The notes beneath the pieces were generated by a model. It saw only the letters and a list, made by a program, of their open reading frames with translations. It had not been told where the DNA came from and ran no database searches. From the IMG/VR virus record IMGVR_UViG_3300037312_000927: a DNA stretch of 64,000 nt; one strand, given 5' to 3'. The position numbers and the translations under genes were made by a program. Shown here in pieces: positions 55,012-64,000 of this stretch. Each line of letters opens with the position of its first letter. The first letter of the stretch is position 1. Source of the DNA: a virus.

Positions 55012-56184
55012 TCATCCTATTGTGATTGGGGTATTTTCTTTAATAGTCCCATCCTTCAGGGCTTTCAAAGCTTCAAGTTCAGTTTTAAAATGCACTGGTT
55101 CCTGGGTCATATCCGGCTGAGTCATATGAACACTGCCGATAATAGCTTCGTGGCCAGGTGCAACCATACTGCTGTTCAACCCTTTACGATAATCGTGAAT
55201 GTGGTGTTCTGGCAGAAGTTTAGTCCTAGCTTCCAAAACCGCTTCAGGTGTCATCGGTACTTGCAGGGTAAGCGCGTCACCATCGTAGTCACCTGCGTAT
55301 AGTGGTAGGTGCAAAGGGTTAATACCGATAGTTTTACCCTTAATAGGCACTGGGTAGTGAGCGGTAATGTTAGTTCTCATCAGGGTAGGTGCACGGTTTA
55401 GCAGCACTGGAATCTGTTTGATGAGTTTGTTAAAACTCGCCCTAGCTGCAGGACTTCTTTCTGCAACTGCTCGCTTAGCACTTACGTAGTCGTAACCTTG
55501 TCTGACCAGGTCTCGGGTAATATGGAAAGCGTATGTTACCCAAATCATGTCTTCAGGGATAGCGGCTTCGTTAAACCCTAGATTAGGCTCAGCATAAATA
55601 GTGCCTCGTCCTGAGAAGTCCAGTTTCTTACTTAGCAGCTTGCTATGGAAGAAACCTTGCTTAGGACCGGAAGTACCTGAGATCTGGCGGATATAACCCT
55701 TCAAATTCTTACCACGGCTTGAACCTGAGATTGCGTCTCCGAGTCCAAAAATAGCTTTGGCACCGTCGTATAGGGCTTTTCTCTCAGCTACCATCATATC
55801 GTCCGTCATGTAGTCTTTAATTCCTTTAAAGGACTCATTAACGGTCATGTGGTCTTTATAAAGCTCGTTGGCATCAGCATATTCGATGTTATTATTACCC
55901 ATAATGGTAATAGGTCGAGCTAGCGGAGGGGCCACCGGCATATGCCTAATGATGAACGCTTCATCTGGCTGTAATTCATTCTTGATTAACCCATCTACAT
56001 ACTTCAATTTCTTGATAAGCGTATCCCTTTTACTAGGGCTTTTAGTAGACAGAATTTCATCTTTCAGGCTTTTTGCTTGAGCTTGAAGATTTACACGGGA
56101 TAACATTTCCTCCAAGGCAGGACCACCTACCTTTAGGATGCCTGGATCCACTGATGTATTTTTATTCGCAGTTGAAGTAGTCAT
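55012..56184 (-). CDS. rpoC: RNA polymerase beta' subunit, catalytic central part
   Basis: LLSKKLDFSGRG, LLNRAPTL, YAGDYDGD catalytic motif. Confidence 0.92.
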   Translation of the reverse strand: MTTSTANKNTSVDPGILKVGGPALEEMLSRVNLQAQAKSLKDEILSTKSPSKRDTLIKKLKYVDGLIKNELQPDEAFIIRHMPVAPPLARPITIMGNNNIEYADANELYKDHMTVNESFKGIKDYMTDDMMVAERKALYDGAKAIFGLGDAISGSSRGKNLKGYIRQISGTSGPKQGFFHSKLLSKKLDFSGRGTIYAEPNLGFNEAAIPEDMIWVTYAFHITRDLVRQGYDYVSAKRAVAERSPAARASFNKLIKQIPVLLNRAPTLMRTNITAHYPVPIKGKTIGINPLHLPLYAGDYDGDALTLQVPMTPEAVLEARTKLLPEHHIHDYRKGLNSSMVAPGHEAIIGSVHMTQPDMTQEPVHFKTELEALKALKDGTIKENTPITIG

Positions 56185-56219
56185 GATAATAGTTTAACTC
56201 TCGGCTATATTTGAATATT

Positions 56220-56245
56220 AAAAAACCCGGACTAGCCGGGTTTTA
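56220..56245 (-). terminator. terminator between rpoB and central rpoC piece
   Basis: AAAAAACCCGG ACTAG CCGGGTTTT. Confidence 0.7.
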
Positions 56246-56253
56246 TTTTAAGC

Positions 56254-59200
56254 TTACGCTTCCTCGTGTTCCTCGGGCTCCGGATCATCCACGTGGTCAA
56301 CAAGGCTGCTTACCCTTGTATCTATCACCTTCAGCTTTTTGCCACTGCTGGTATCGTGGAGATGGAAAATGCCGTCCTTAACATGAGTGATACCGATAGA
56401 TCCTTGAACAATACCTGTATACTCTTTAGTATTCAGGCCTAGTAGGCTCTTGATAGGTCTTTCGAAAGCCGGGTTAGCAATCGGTTCAGCCAATCTGTAG
56501 TGAGTCCATTTGGTTCCTCGGATACCTCCGGTAAGAGCACTGTCAAACAACCCGCCCTTTTCAGGTTCCAGATTCTTGGCATTAAGTCTGGTAGGTTCTT
56601 TAATTTCACCATTACTCATCTCCATGATATCTCTATCAGTTAACGGGCTAGCAGTGATATTACCTTTATCAAACGAGGTCTTGATGCCACTCGCAGTTAG
56701 ATAGTTGAAGAACTTTTCAGTCGCAAAGGTCGTCTTAGGCTTCGGGAGAGGCTGACCAGTTAAGAACTTCTTCCAGTAGTCACTATTCTCTTCACTCTTC
56801 AGTGTTGTAATCTCTTTAAGATTCTTACGGGCATCTGAACCGAGCAAACCAAGCATCTCCATGTAACCGACACTCTTGGAACCTTCTTCGCCACCCTTAG
56901 TAGGTTGCATCGTATTATCATAGGCGCCGACGTTACGAGCACTCCAGTTTTGGTCAGAGGTCTTATAAAGCTTAATCATGTACTGAGGCCCAGTTAGGAT
57001 CTTGCCTAATTCCTTGCCAGTTTTCGGATCCACAAACACTTCACTATCTTCTATGCCGTGGCTCTTAAGCTCTTTGTTAATATCTACAATGTTAGAATTC
57101 TTCGAGAAATTGTGAATTCTATAAGGTTGCCCCGTCTTCTGAGCAATTTTACCAGCTGCGGTCTCCATCAGCTGACCCAGATTAATACGGCTGGTAACTG
57201 ATGCAGGGTTCAATAGAATATCCGCAGGTTTACCGGTTTCCTTGTTGAATGGCATTTCATGATCTTCCAGAATCAGCGAAACGATACCTTTGTTACCATG
57301 CATACCTGTTAGTTTATCGCCGACTTCTAGTTCCTTGACACTACGGATCAGGATGCGAATTGCTTTACCTTCGGTATGGGCGTCGACTACTACACCAGGC
57401 TCATCGTGGTGCCAGACCTCTGTAACGGCTCTATATGGGTTCACGAGGTTCTTATGGAGTCTACCTAGCATCTTGTCTTCAGGAGTTGGTTCACGCTTCT
57501 CTAGGACGATATAGACGGGATCTCCGTTAACAAGCTTAGTGCCGATCAGCGGGAATCCTTTATCATCCAGTTTTTCAAGTTGCTCTTTAGTGAACTTGCC
57601 CGGGAAATAACGAGGGATTAGGCTCTTCTTCAACAGAGTTGTAGGCTGTACATCATAGTCAACTTTATAAGCATGGTGGCTGCTCAGGCTTTGAGCACAA
57701 CTTCTGCTAATAACAAGTCCATCCTCGTGGTTATAACCCTTATATGGCATGTACGCTACTTGAAGGTTTTTACCTAGAGCCAGTACGCCGTCTTTGGTGT
57801 AATTGTTATCAACAAGTACTTGTCCAGCTTTTATCTTATCGCCGACTTTGACCAGAGGATGTTCATCATCATAGAAACCCTTCATATTAAACGGAAGATT
57901 TTTAACCAAGGTGATGGTGTGGTCTTTACCGCTTTCATCAGTTAGTACGATAGCTTTGTTCGTGATCGATTTCACAGTACCGTTGACTGGCGAAGTAGTT
58001 TGAGAAATGACTTTAGCCAGAGTTTCAACGAAGGCTCTACCGTGTTCATCTACAGTTCTGACCAGAGGTGCTTCACGGTCTACCAGAGACAGCGCTTGTG
58101 GAATAGCCTTACCTGCCATGGTTAGGCGACCCGGATGGTTGCTGTTAAGGAACGGTACAAGATTAGTTGTAACCGTGTACAAGTCCGTAGCACTATTCAG
58201 CCAGTAATCGACTTTTGAAGCAGGAACTTCTCCTAGTTCACCTTTGATTTGAGCCTGGACAATATTCTTACCTTCTTGGTTAGGAAAACCGATTATGGAG
58301 TTCATCACTTCACCAACACTCAAGTAGACTTCCTTACCGTTCTTATCTTTCATACGTGCGTACAGATTACCTGCTTTGTCACGATGAGCTGCAATGGTGA
58401 AGCGTTGGTCAATACCAGCGTGGCCCGATTCCGGAGTACGGGATGGGTCAAGGATACCTAAGTGGGATGGATCAATATCTCGGGCGCTCATAGGGACGCC
58501 GCGATCTGAACTGATACCACCTTCCAGGCCACCAAGCACAGTTACCTTACCAACGTTTTCCAGTGACTCGATCGGGTTAGTTTCACTAGGAGTGGTAACC
58601 AGGTTTGATTCGATGATGTAGCTGGAGAACAGTTTGTTGAAGGGTTTACTGGCCACCGATCCACGGATTTTAATAGGCTGACCACTTTTCTCCGCTTTAT
58701 CCAAAGCATAGGTAATACGGCTCTTAAGCGTGGATGTTAAAAGCTTCTCTTTCTTGAAACGGGTTTCCAGAAAGTCTGGCAGGTTCTGAACAGCTTTAAA
58801 CTGCAGAGAGTCTCGGTTATCTTCAGGCTTACGACCGGCGTGAACTTCAACAAGGTTATGCAGAGCCAGCAGCACCGCTTCATGCGTTACCGTGGCTAAG
58901 GGCTTACCGAGAGTGATCTTAGTCGTGTTGACGTTCAACTGAGAGTTTTCAAGAGCGAGACGCAGAGCTGCGATCTTTTCTTCTAGAGTGTTAGCTGGAG
59001 TCTTACGAGTAGTCAGGCGAGTGTATAGATCATTGATGATCTTCTCTTCTTTACCCGAGGTAGCCTTGAGGTTATCGTTCCAAACCGATTCAGGGATGTA
59101 CATCGATACTTCTTTAGGGCCAACGCCGAAAACCCTGGATAGCAAAGGCGCCAGAGGGATGCGGCTAGATGCCACTTCGACATAAAACATACCCGTCTGG

Positions 59201-59667
59201 GGTTCTAGAGTAATGGCAAAGCTTCTACCTGAGCCAGTATTCAAGTGTGCTTCAAGTTCTCCTGTTTCACGGGAGCGGGTATACACTCCTGGACGGAGCT
59301 GAAGCTGGTTAGCAGCAGCATAATTACTCCCTTTATACAGCAAAGTGCTTTTGCCAGTTAAATAAAAAGAGTCCATCAGGTTAAAATTCGCCTGCTTGTC
59401 TATGACATTACCGGTTACGTTATCAGTAAGCGTTAGGGTTCCCGTAATAGGGTAAGTCAAGGATCTCCCTTCAAGGATAGCTTTTTTCTCGTCCTCGTGA
59501 GTATATTCAATTCTTTTAGCATGAACGTCTGACAGGCTTAAAGTGTACTTTTTTGTGGATATAGGGAACTGGAGGGTAAGACCATTAATGAGAGCTTGAT
59601 CGACCCTATCATTAGTCTGCTTGGGTGAACTAAAAATAGGAGTTAATTCTTGTGCAGTTGCTGGCAT
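56254..59667 (-). CDS. rpoB: RNA polymerase beta subunit fused to the beta' N-terminal segment
   Basis: RLTMAGKAIPQ, GKNLQVAYMPYKGYNHEDG, GDKLTGMHGNKGIVS, NPASVTSRINLGQLME, YMIKL; C-terminal SNGEIKEP...LEPEKGGLFD...HYRLAEP is beta'-like. Confidence 0.92.
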   Translation of the reverse strand: MPATAQELTPIFSSPKQTNDRVDQALINGLTLQFPISTKKYTLSLSDVHAKRIEYTHEDEKKAILEGRSLTYPITGTLTLTDNVTGNVIDKQANFNLMDSFYLTGKSTLLYKGSNYAAANQLQLRPGVYTRSRETGELEAHLNTGSGRSFAITLEPQTGMFYVEVASSRIPLAPLLSRVFGVGPKEVSMYIPESVWNDNLKATSGKEEKIINDLYTRLTTRKTPANTLEEKIAALRLALENSQLNVNTTKITLGKPLATVTHEAVLLALHNLVEVHAGRKPEDNRDSLQFKAVQNLPDFLETRFKKEKLLTSTLKSRITYALDKAEKSGQPIKIRGSVASKPFNKLFSSYIIESNLVTTPSETNPIESLENVGKVTVLGGLEGGISSDRGVPMSARDIDPSHLGILDPSRTPESGHAGIDQRFTIAAHRDKAGNLYARMKDKNGKEVYLSVGEVMNSIIGFPNQEGKNIVQAQIKGELGEVPASKVDYWLNSATDLYTVTTNLVPFLNSNHPGRLTMAGKAIPQALSLVDREAPLVRTVDEHGRAFVETLAKVISQTTSPVNGTVKSITNKAIVLTDESGKDHTITLVKNLPFNMKGFYDDEHPLVKVGDKIKAGQVLVDNNYTKDGVLALGKNLQVAYMPYKGYNHEDGLVISRSCAQSLSSHHAYKVDYDVQPTTLLKKSLIPRYFPGKFTKEQLEKLDDKGFPLIGTKLVNGDPVYIVLEKREPTPEDKMLGRLHKNLVNPYRAVTEVWHHDEPGVVVDAHTEGKAIRILIRSVKELEVGDKLTGMHGNKGIVSLILEDHEMPFNKETGKPADILLNPASVTSRINLGQLMETAAGKIAQKTGQPYRIHNFSKNSNIVDINKELKSHGIEDSEVFVDPKTGKELGKILTGPQYMIKLYKTSDQNWSARNVGAYDNTMQPTKGGEEGSKSVGYMEMLGLLGSDARKNLKEITTLKSEENSDYWKKFLTGQPLPKPKTTFATEKFFNYLTASGIKTSFDKGNITASPLTDRDIMEMSNGEIKEPTRLNAKNLEPEKGGLFDSALTGGIRGTKWTHYRLAEPIANPAFERPIKSLLGLNTKEYTGIVQGSIGITHVKDGIFHLHDTSSGKKLKVIDTRVSSLVDHVDDPEPEEHEEA

Positions 59668-60316
59668 TATATTCTTCTATGTCAAATTTATTGTATTTTG
59701 TTCTGTTCTCGAACCTAGATATGACGCGTAGGTTCTCGTGCACATGTAGGCCTGATACTAATTCACCCTTTAAGGGTATTATGTGATCAACCTCATGAGG
59801 TATCCCTGTCTCGGAACTCGTCTTTTCGCATAATTCATAGGTATCTTTAATTTTAGTTTCATCAGCCCATTTAGGGGTTCTTAGAAGTATCTCTGCACGT
59901 CTTTTGGTAGCCCTTATTTTATAAGGCACTGGATTTTTATAGTAATTAACTAAGGCCCACTTACGTACCTTATCTGAATTTTTCTTAGAATAATCCTTAG
60001 ATTTATCACACGAACACTTCATACAGGAATGGTCGGTCACTTGTCTTTCACTAAGATGACCCTTATGACAGGGGACTCCGGTGTAATATCGAGTCTTGCC
60101 TTGAGCTATAGCTGCGTCCCGGGTAATTATCCTAGGATCCGCATAGAGTTTTAGTCTAAGCTCGGTACCTTTTATACCTTCTTTTCTATAATGGCACCCT
60201 ACACAATTTTTGCTTACGGTGAACCTTTCGGATACATGCCCACGTTTGCACGGCTTACCTGTAAAGTATCTTTTAAGGCCTTTTTCCAAGGCCTCGTCCC
60301 TACTTAGGATTTCCAT
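59630..60316 (-). mobile_element. free-standing HNH homing endonuclease
   Basis: HEVDHIIPL...GLHVHENLRVI...N; two N-terminal RD.A...G..RY.TG.PC..GH..ER repeats; overlaps rpoB start. Confidence 0.85.
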
Positions 60317-60612
60317 TAAACCTGCTGAATTTTCTCAAGATAGGTAACAACCATTATGTATTTGTCCATAAAGGTAAACTTATCTTTCGTCAACACTACG
60401 ATTTCTTCACCCTTTAGACCCTTCGTCTCCACTATTTCGAGCTCAGCTAAGGCCCCCATGTCATCCAAATCATACTTACCGTAACGCACACGGAAATCAA
60501 CCGGGTTAAAGGCCGAAGCCCCAGCCCCAGGGCCGAAGCCCGGGAGAGAGAGAACTTCAGCCTTTAAAGGAATCGAAGCAGCCATTGCTGCTGCACTATT
60601 ATTTTCTGCCAT
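60316..60612 (-). CDS. hypothetical protein
   Basis: Coupled between portal and HNH. Confidence 0.65.
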   Translation of the reverse strand: MAENNSAAAMAASIPLKAEVLSLPGFGPGAGASAFNPVDFRVRYGKYDLDDMGALAELEIVETKGLKGEEIVVLTKDKFTFMDKYIMVVTYLEKIQQV

Positions 60613-62438
60613 TATTCTTTTTCGCTATTAGGTTTTTTGGGAGATGCCGAATCCTGTTTAGCTCCAGCACCGTCTTTTTTAGGTTTACCGCCGGAGGGGC
60701 CAGAGCCCCCACCTTGCTCACCCGCTGCTTCTTGCTGCATCGAAGCAGTCTGGGCATTCATCTGGCTCTGCTCTGCATACTCTGACAATAGTTGAGAGAC
60801 CATTAGGTACATAGAGTAGTCGGTAACTCTCAACTCACCCATGACTGCCATCTGCTGTTTCTCATCAGTCATAGCAAATAATTGCTGAGCAATCGCTTGA
60901 CCTTTAGCAAGTACCGTACGATAGTCCGAATTATTATCGAATCTATCAACCACTTCCTTACCTGCAACAAACACCGCCTGATCAACTGCAAACTTGGTAC
61001 GAACATCTGAAGTGGCCTTGAGAATAGCAGCTTTCTCTTGGGATTTCAACTCATCATCATACTTCATACCGAAAGCTTCGAACAGAGTTTCCGGGCTGCA
61101 TTCCTGGGTAGCATGTAACTGCAGGAGCATCTGTCTAAGAGCATCATCATCAGTAAGTTTGAACGGAGTTAGAGTGACTTTACAGGTTTCAATACCTAGA
61201 TACTTACTCACCCGGGTCATAACCCAATTCAATAGTTCTTCAATCTGACTTGTATAAGTATTCATGGTATTCTGCAGCAGCCTCAGGCCAACCGTAGAAC
61301 TACTCCAATTAGTAACACCAGATAGAAGTTCTTTACTTACACCCAAACTAAGCAAGATACTCTCCTCAGCTTGGGCGATTTCCTGACTTACCAGTAAGTT
61401 TCTTCCTTCTCCACTGATAGCTTGATACCCAATAGGCACTGGGGCTACTAGAACATGGTTTCTATCTCGTTTATGTTTGATAAAAGCTTCGGTCATGTTG
61501 GATACGAAGTTCCTCATAGAGATAGAAACTACAGGATCACTATTACCAGTCTGCGGAGTAGGATACACAACCCTCATAGGATTCATGAAATCCGTAGAAA
61601 TGCTTTCATTAGCCTTTCTCAGAGTGGCTTGGTAAAATACCAGCCCAAACAAACTAATCAGAGGGGGAACTGCTATACCATTGATCTGATGACCGGCACT
61701 GATATTTTTCAGATGGAAGATATTACCTCTATCAAATTTGAAGTCCTGGTTATTTTGAATTGCTTTAACCATGCTCCAAGGTATGCTATCTACAAATAAT
61801 CTATCTCCGATCTGTACTCGTTTTTTGATATCGTTAGGGATTTTATAGAAGTATTCACTCTCACCCGTGATTGGGTTATGGTTAACTGCTATATTCGTAG
61901 GATCCCATTTGATGAGATTCATGTTCTCAATGGATAGGTCCTTTTTATCGGCCACTTTCAGCGGCCCTTTATAGTTACAAGCCGGGCATTCACCTTGAAA
62001 TTCATAGTTTTTAAAGGTAACCCAATTACAGTTCTTAGCAAAGTACGAAGTATTGCAATGGGCGCACTCCAAGTTCCTGTGCACAGGAAAATAGATGCTT
62101 ACAAAAACGTTACCTACAGTGTAATACTCAAACCCCACATCGTGTAGGGCCGGTTTCAGTCTAAAACTTTCGAATACAGCTTCGTATTTCTCTTTTATTT
62201 GCTGGCTAGTAGTATTTACAACGAAGTCCGTAATGGGATAAGTACTCAGTTTTCTGATAACTTCTGTCACTACTGGACTTTGAGTCGTGATATACCGGGA
62301 CCACCTGATGACATCATGAAGGTTACGAGGTAGGAACTGATTCGCAACCGTGAAATATGGATTAGTTGTAGCTGCATAGGATCCTCCTGGAAGGGCAGAA
62401 GTGCCAGGAATTGGAGGAGGGTTAAAGCTATCGTACAT
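60612..62438 (-). CDS. portal protein (with Zn-ribbon insert)
   Basis: Portal-like order: EVIRKLSTYP, EYYTVGNVFV, WDPTNI, IFHLK, LSLGVSKELL; CAHC/CPAC insert; low-complexity tail. Confidence 0.7.
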   Translation of the reverse strand: MYDSFNPPPIPGTSALPGGSYAATTNPYFTVANQFLPRNLHDVIRWSRYITTQSPVVTEVIRKLSTYPITDFVVNTTSQQIKEKYEAVFESFRLKPALHDVGFEYYTVGNVFVSIYFPVHRNLECAHCNTSYFAKNCNWVTFKNYEFQGECPACNYKGPLKVADKKDLSIENMNLIKWDPTNIAVNHNPITGESEYFYKIPNDIKKRVQIGDRLFVDSIPWSMVKAIQNNQDFKFDRGNIFHLKNISAGHQINGIAVPPLISLFGLVFYQATLRKANESISTDFMNPMRVVYPTPQTGNSDPVVSISMRNFVSNMTEAFIKHKRDRNHVLVAPVPIGYQAISGEGRNLLVSQEIAQAEESILLSLGVSKELLSGVTNWSSSTVGLRLLQNTMNTYTSQIEELLNWVMTRVSKYLGIETCKVTLTPFKLTDDDALRQMLLQLHATQECSPETLFEAFGMKYDDELKSQEKAAILKATSDVRTKFAVDQAVFVAGKEVVDRFDNNSDYRTVLAKGQAIAQQLFAMTDEKQQMAVMGELRVTDYSMYLMVSQLLSEYAEQSQMNAQTASMQQEAAGEQGGGSGPSGGKPKKDGAGAKQDSASPKKPNSEKE

Positions 62439-62515
62439 TTATATAGTCCTTACGTAGAATATCGTTCCCTTATTTTAAGGGAAAGTGTGTAATTAGTCAA
62501 TTTTTAACCTTTAAA

Positions 62516-62526
62516 TTTGGTATAAG
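62516..62526 (+). promoter_or_regulatory. early-type promoter motif
   Basis: TTTGGTATAAGTATAGTA. Confidence 0.7.
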
Positions 62527-62576
62527 TATAGTATATAAAACTATATCTCTATAACATTTTCACGAAGGAAAATATT

Positions 62577-62783
62577 ATGAGCATGCAACAACCGAAGGAT
62601 CCCCAAATGGAATCTCAACGTCTAGACAATATCGAGCAAAGACTCGAAAAAGTTGAAAAACTGGTCGGCAAAACTCGGACTTTGGTCGGTATTGCCGTTG
62701 TAGCATACATTGCAGGTGCAGTCCTCGCCAAAAGGACACCTCCCAAGTACCTGATCATGGAGTCTCGCGGCTCTGAATCGTAA
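62577..62783 (+). CDS. small single-TM protein
   Basis: AAGGA RBS; LVGIAVVAYIAGAVLA. Confidence 0.7.
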   Translation: MSMQQPKDPQMESQRLDNIEQRLEKVEKLVGKTRTLVGIAVVAYIAGAVLAKRTPPKYLIMESRGSES

Positions 62784-62825
62784 TATAGGGCTTTAGCCCA
62801 TAAGTCTTTTACAGGAATACGAATT

Positions 62826-63089
62826 ATGGAAACCTTTCAAGCTCAGAAGAAAACTGCTCAACTCGAAGCAGAGGACCTTCTGAACCGTCTGCGTTATGGT
62901 AATACTCGTAATGGCTTTAAAAGAGATTTCCAGGACGTGCCATATGACGGTAACGACCGGCGTGCGGAAATTGACCGTCGTCGACTTGCGGCTGCTTCGT
63001 CAAGACCCGGCGTTGGGGTAGTAGTTTTAGGAGTCTTAGGAGCTCTCGCTACCGGCGCAGGATGCGCTATAGTGAGGGATAAGCTGTAG
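62826..63089 (+). CDS. small C-terminal-TM protein
   Basis: VGVVVLGVLGALATGAGCAIV. Confidence 0.65.
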   Translation: METFQAQKKTAQLEAEDLLNRLRYGNTRNGFKRDFQDVPYDGNDRRAEIDRRRLAAASSRPGVGVVVLGVLGALATGAGCAIVRDKL

Positions 63090-63111
63090 AAATTAAATAT
63101 TACCTAATCAA

Positions 63112-63122
63112 TTTGGTATAAA
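63112..63122 (+). promoter_or_regulatory. early-type promoter motif (TTTGGTATAAA)
   Basis: Upstream of 63191. Confidence 0.6.
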
Positions 63123-63190
63123 TAAAGTGTAGAGAAATCTGTACCATACAGATCTCGACATTTCAACCCACCTCAACTAGGAGATTTACA

Positions 63191-63409
63191 ATGGATACCA
63201 ACAACAACGGCGTGGCACAAGATCCGGCACTGGCTGCAGCAGCTCGTGCAGAGAAGGCGGCAAAAATGAAAGGCATGGCCATCAGCAGCGGTAAAGCAAT
63301 CGGCTTCATGGCAATCGGTGCCGCCCTGACGGTCGGCGTCGGCAAACTGCGCGGCAGCCGCAAGACTACCACCCAGATCGTCGAGGCAGCGCCGGCCGAA
63401 ATGGCGTAA
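63191..63409 (+). CDS. small Ala-rich single-TM protein
   Basis: AGGAG RBS; AIGFMAIGAALTVGVG. Confidence 0.7.
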   Translation: MDTNNNGVAQDPALAAAARAEKAAKMKGMAISSGKAIGFMAIGAALTVGVGKLRGSRKTTTQIVEAAPAEMA

Positions 63410-63470
63410 GCATTAAACGGGTAGAGGATCCTGGGAGGGTCCCTGCCCGCATTAAATAAGTAGTCACCCG

Positions 63471-63481
63471 TTTGGTATAAG
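63471..63481 (+). promoter_or_regulatory. early-type promoter motif
   Basis: TTTGGTATAAGTATAGTA. Confidence 0.7.
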
Positions 63482-63562
63482 TATAGTATAGAGAAACACA
63501 CTTCCCTGTATGCTCTATACGTGCAGGTATTTCCCAATTAACCTAGGCTCAGGAGAACAAGA

Positions 63563-63928
63563 ATGTCGAATACCAATCCTAACAAATCTGCTGGTTCCGA
63601 ACCCGGCCTGTCGTCCTTGTCCCAATCGGATATCGACCGTATCGCAGGCGAAGCGGTCTCGGCTGCAAAGACGGCTGCAACCACAGCTGCAGCTGAAGAA
63701 GTCGCAAAGCGCATGGGCGACGTCGAGATCACGGCAGCAAAGGCAGCGGCAACCGCAGCAGCGGCGGCATCGGCCGAAGCGATCGCCCGTCAACAGAAGG
63801 CAAACAAGATGAAGGAATACGGCACCATCGCCGGCATCTCCCTCGGCACCTTCGCCCTCGGCACACTGGGTATGGCCGGGTACGACCGTTTCCGCAACCG
63901 CAACAATCCGGGTAATCATCACCAATAA
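63563..63928 (+). CDS. Ala-rich coiled-coil protein with C-terminal TM
   Basis: AGGAG RBS; GTIAGISLGTFALGTLGMAGY. Confidence 0.7.
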   Translation: MSNTNPNKSAGSEPGLSSLSQSDIDRIAGEAVSAAKTAATTAAAEEVAKRMGDVEITAAKAAATAAAAASAEAIARQQKANKMKEYGTIAGISLGTFALGTLGMAGYDRFRNRNNPGNHHQ

Positions 63929-64000
63929 CCCGGAAGTACTCTGGAGCACGTACAAGTTATAGGAGAACACGTGCTCCAGTAGTAAGAACTAAAGTTCTCC

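Noticed and set aside
1-64000. Stop-codon reassignment, tRNA genes or introns in RNAP genes
   Set aside because: Conserved genes are intact under the standard code; no cloverleaf recognised; RNAP pieces have their own starts and promoter motifs rather than intron boundaries

Overview
64 kb of a large myovirus-type (jumbo-like) phage genome that encodes its own multi-subunit RNA polymerase. No tRNA, rRNA or CRISPR array was found. The minus strand carries mostly virion genes: portal, major capsid, probable prohead protease, scaffold/internal head proteins, sheath, tube, spike, tail-fibre cluster, lytic transglycosylase, and RNAP beta/beta' in three pieces. Many are preceded by a TAAAATA late-promoter-like motif. 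Plus-strand islands of early/accessory genes each start at a TTTGGTATAAG motif. Most unusual elements: (1) a retron-like reverse transcriptase operon whose 5' and 3' UTRs carry a perfect 13-nt inverted repeat 1.8 kb apart, with the RT overlapping its partner gene by 368 nt; (2) a complete PRTRC-like ubiquitin-like conjugation cassette (E1, E2, JAB) with a tandem di-Ubl precursor; (3) two inverted copies of a ~640-bp palindromic, iteron-rich element with an identical 76-nt AT core; (4) a recurrent NKYLEKIA motif on structural proteins and enzymes, a candidate capsid-targeting signal; (5) a nine-gene paralogue array sharing a C-terminal module; (6) a promoter-to-terminator ORF-less small-RNA candidate. 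All product calls come from motif recognition by eye; no database searches were run.
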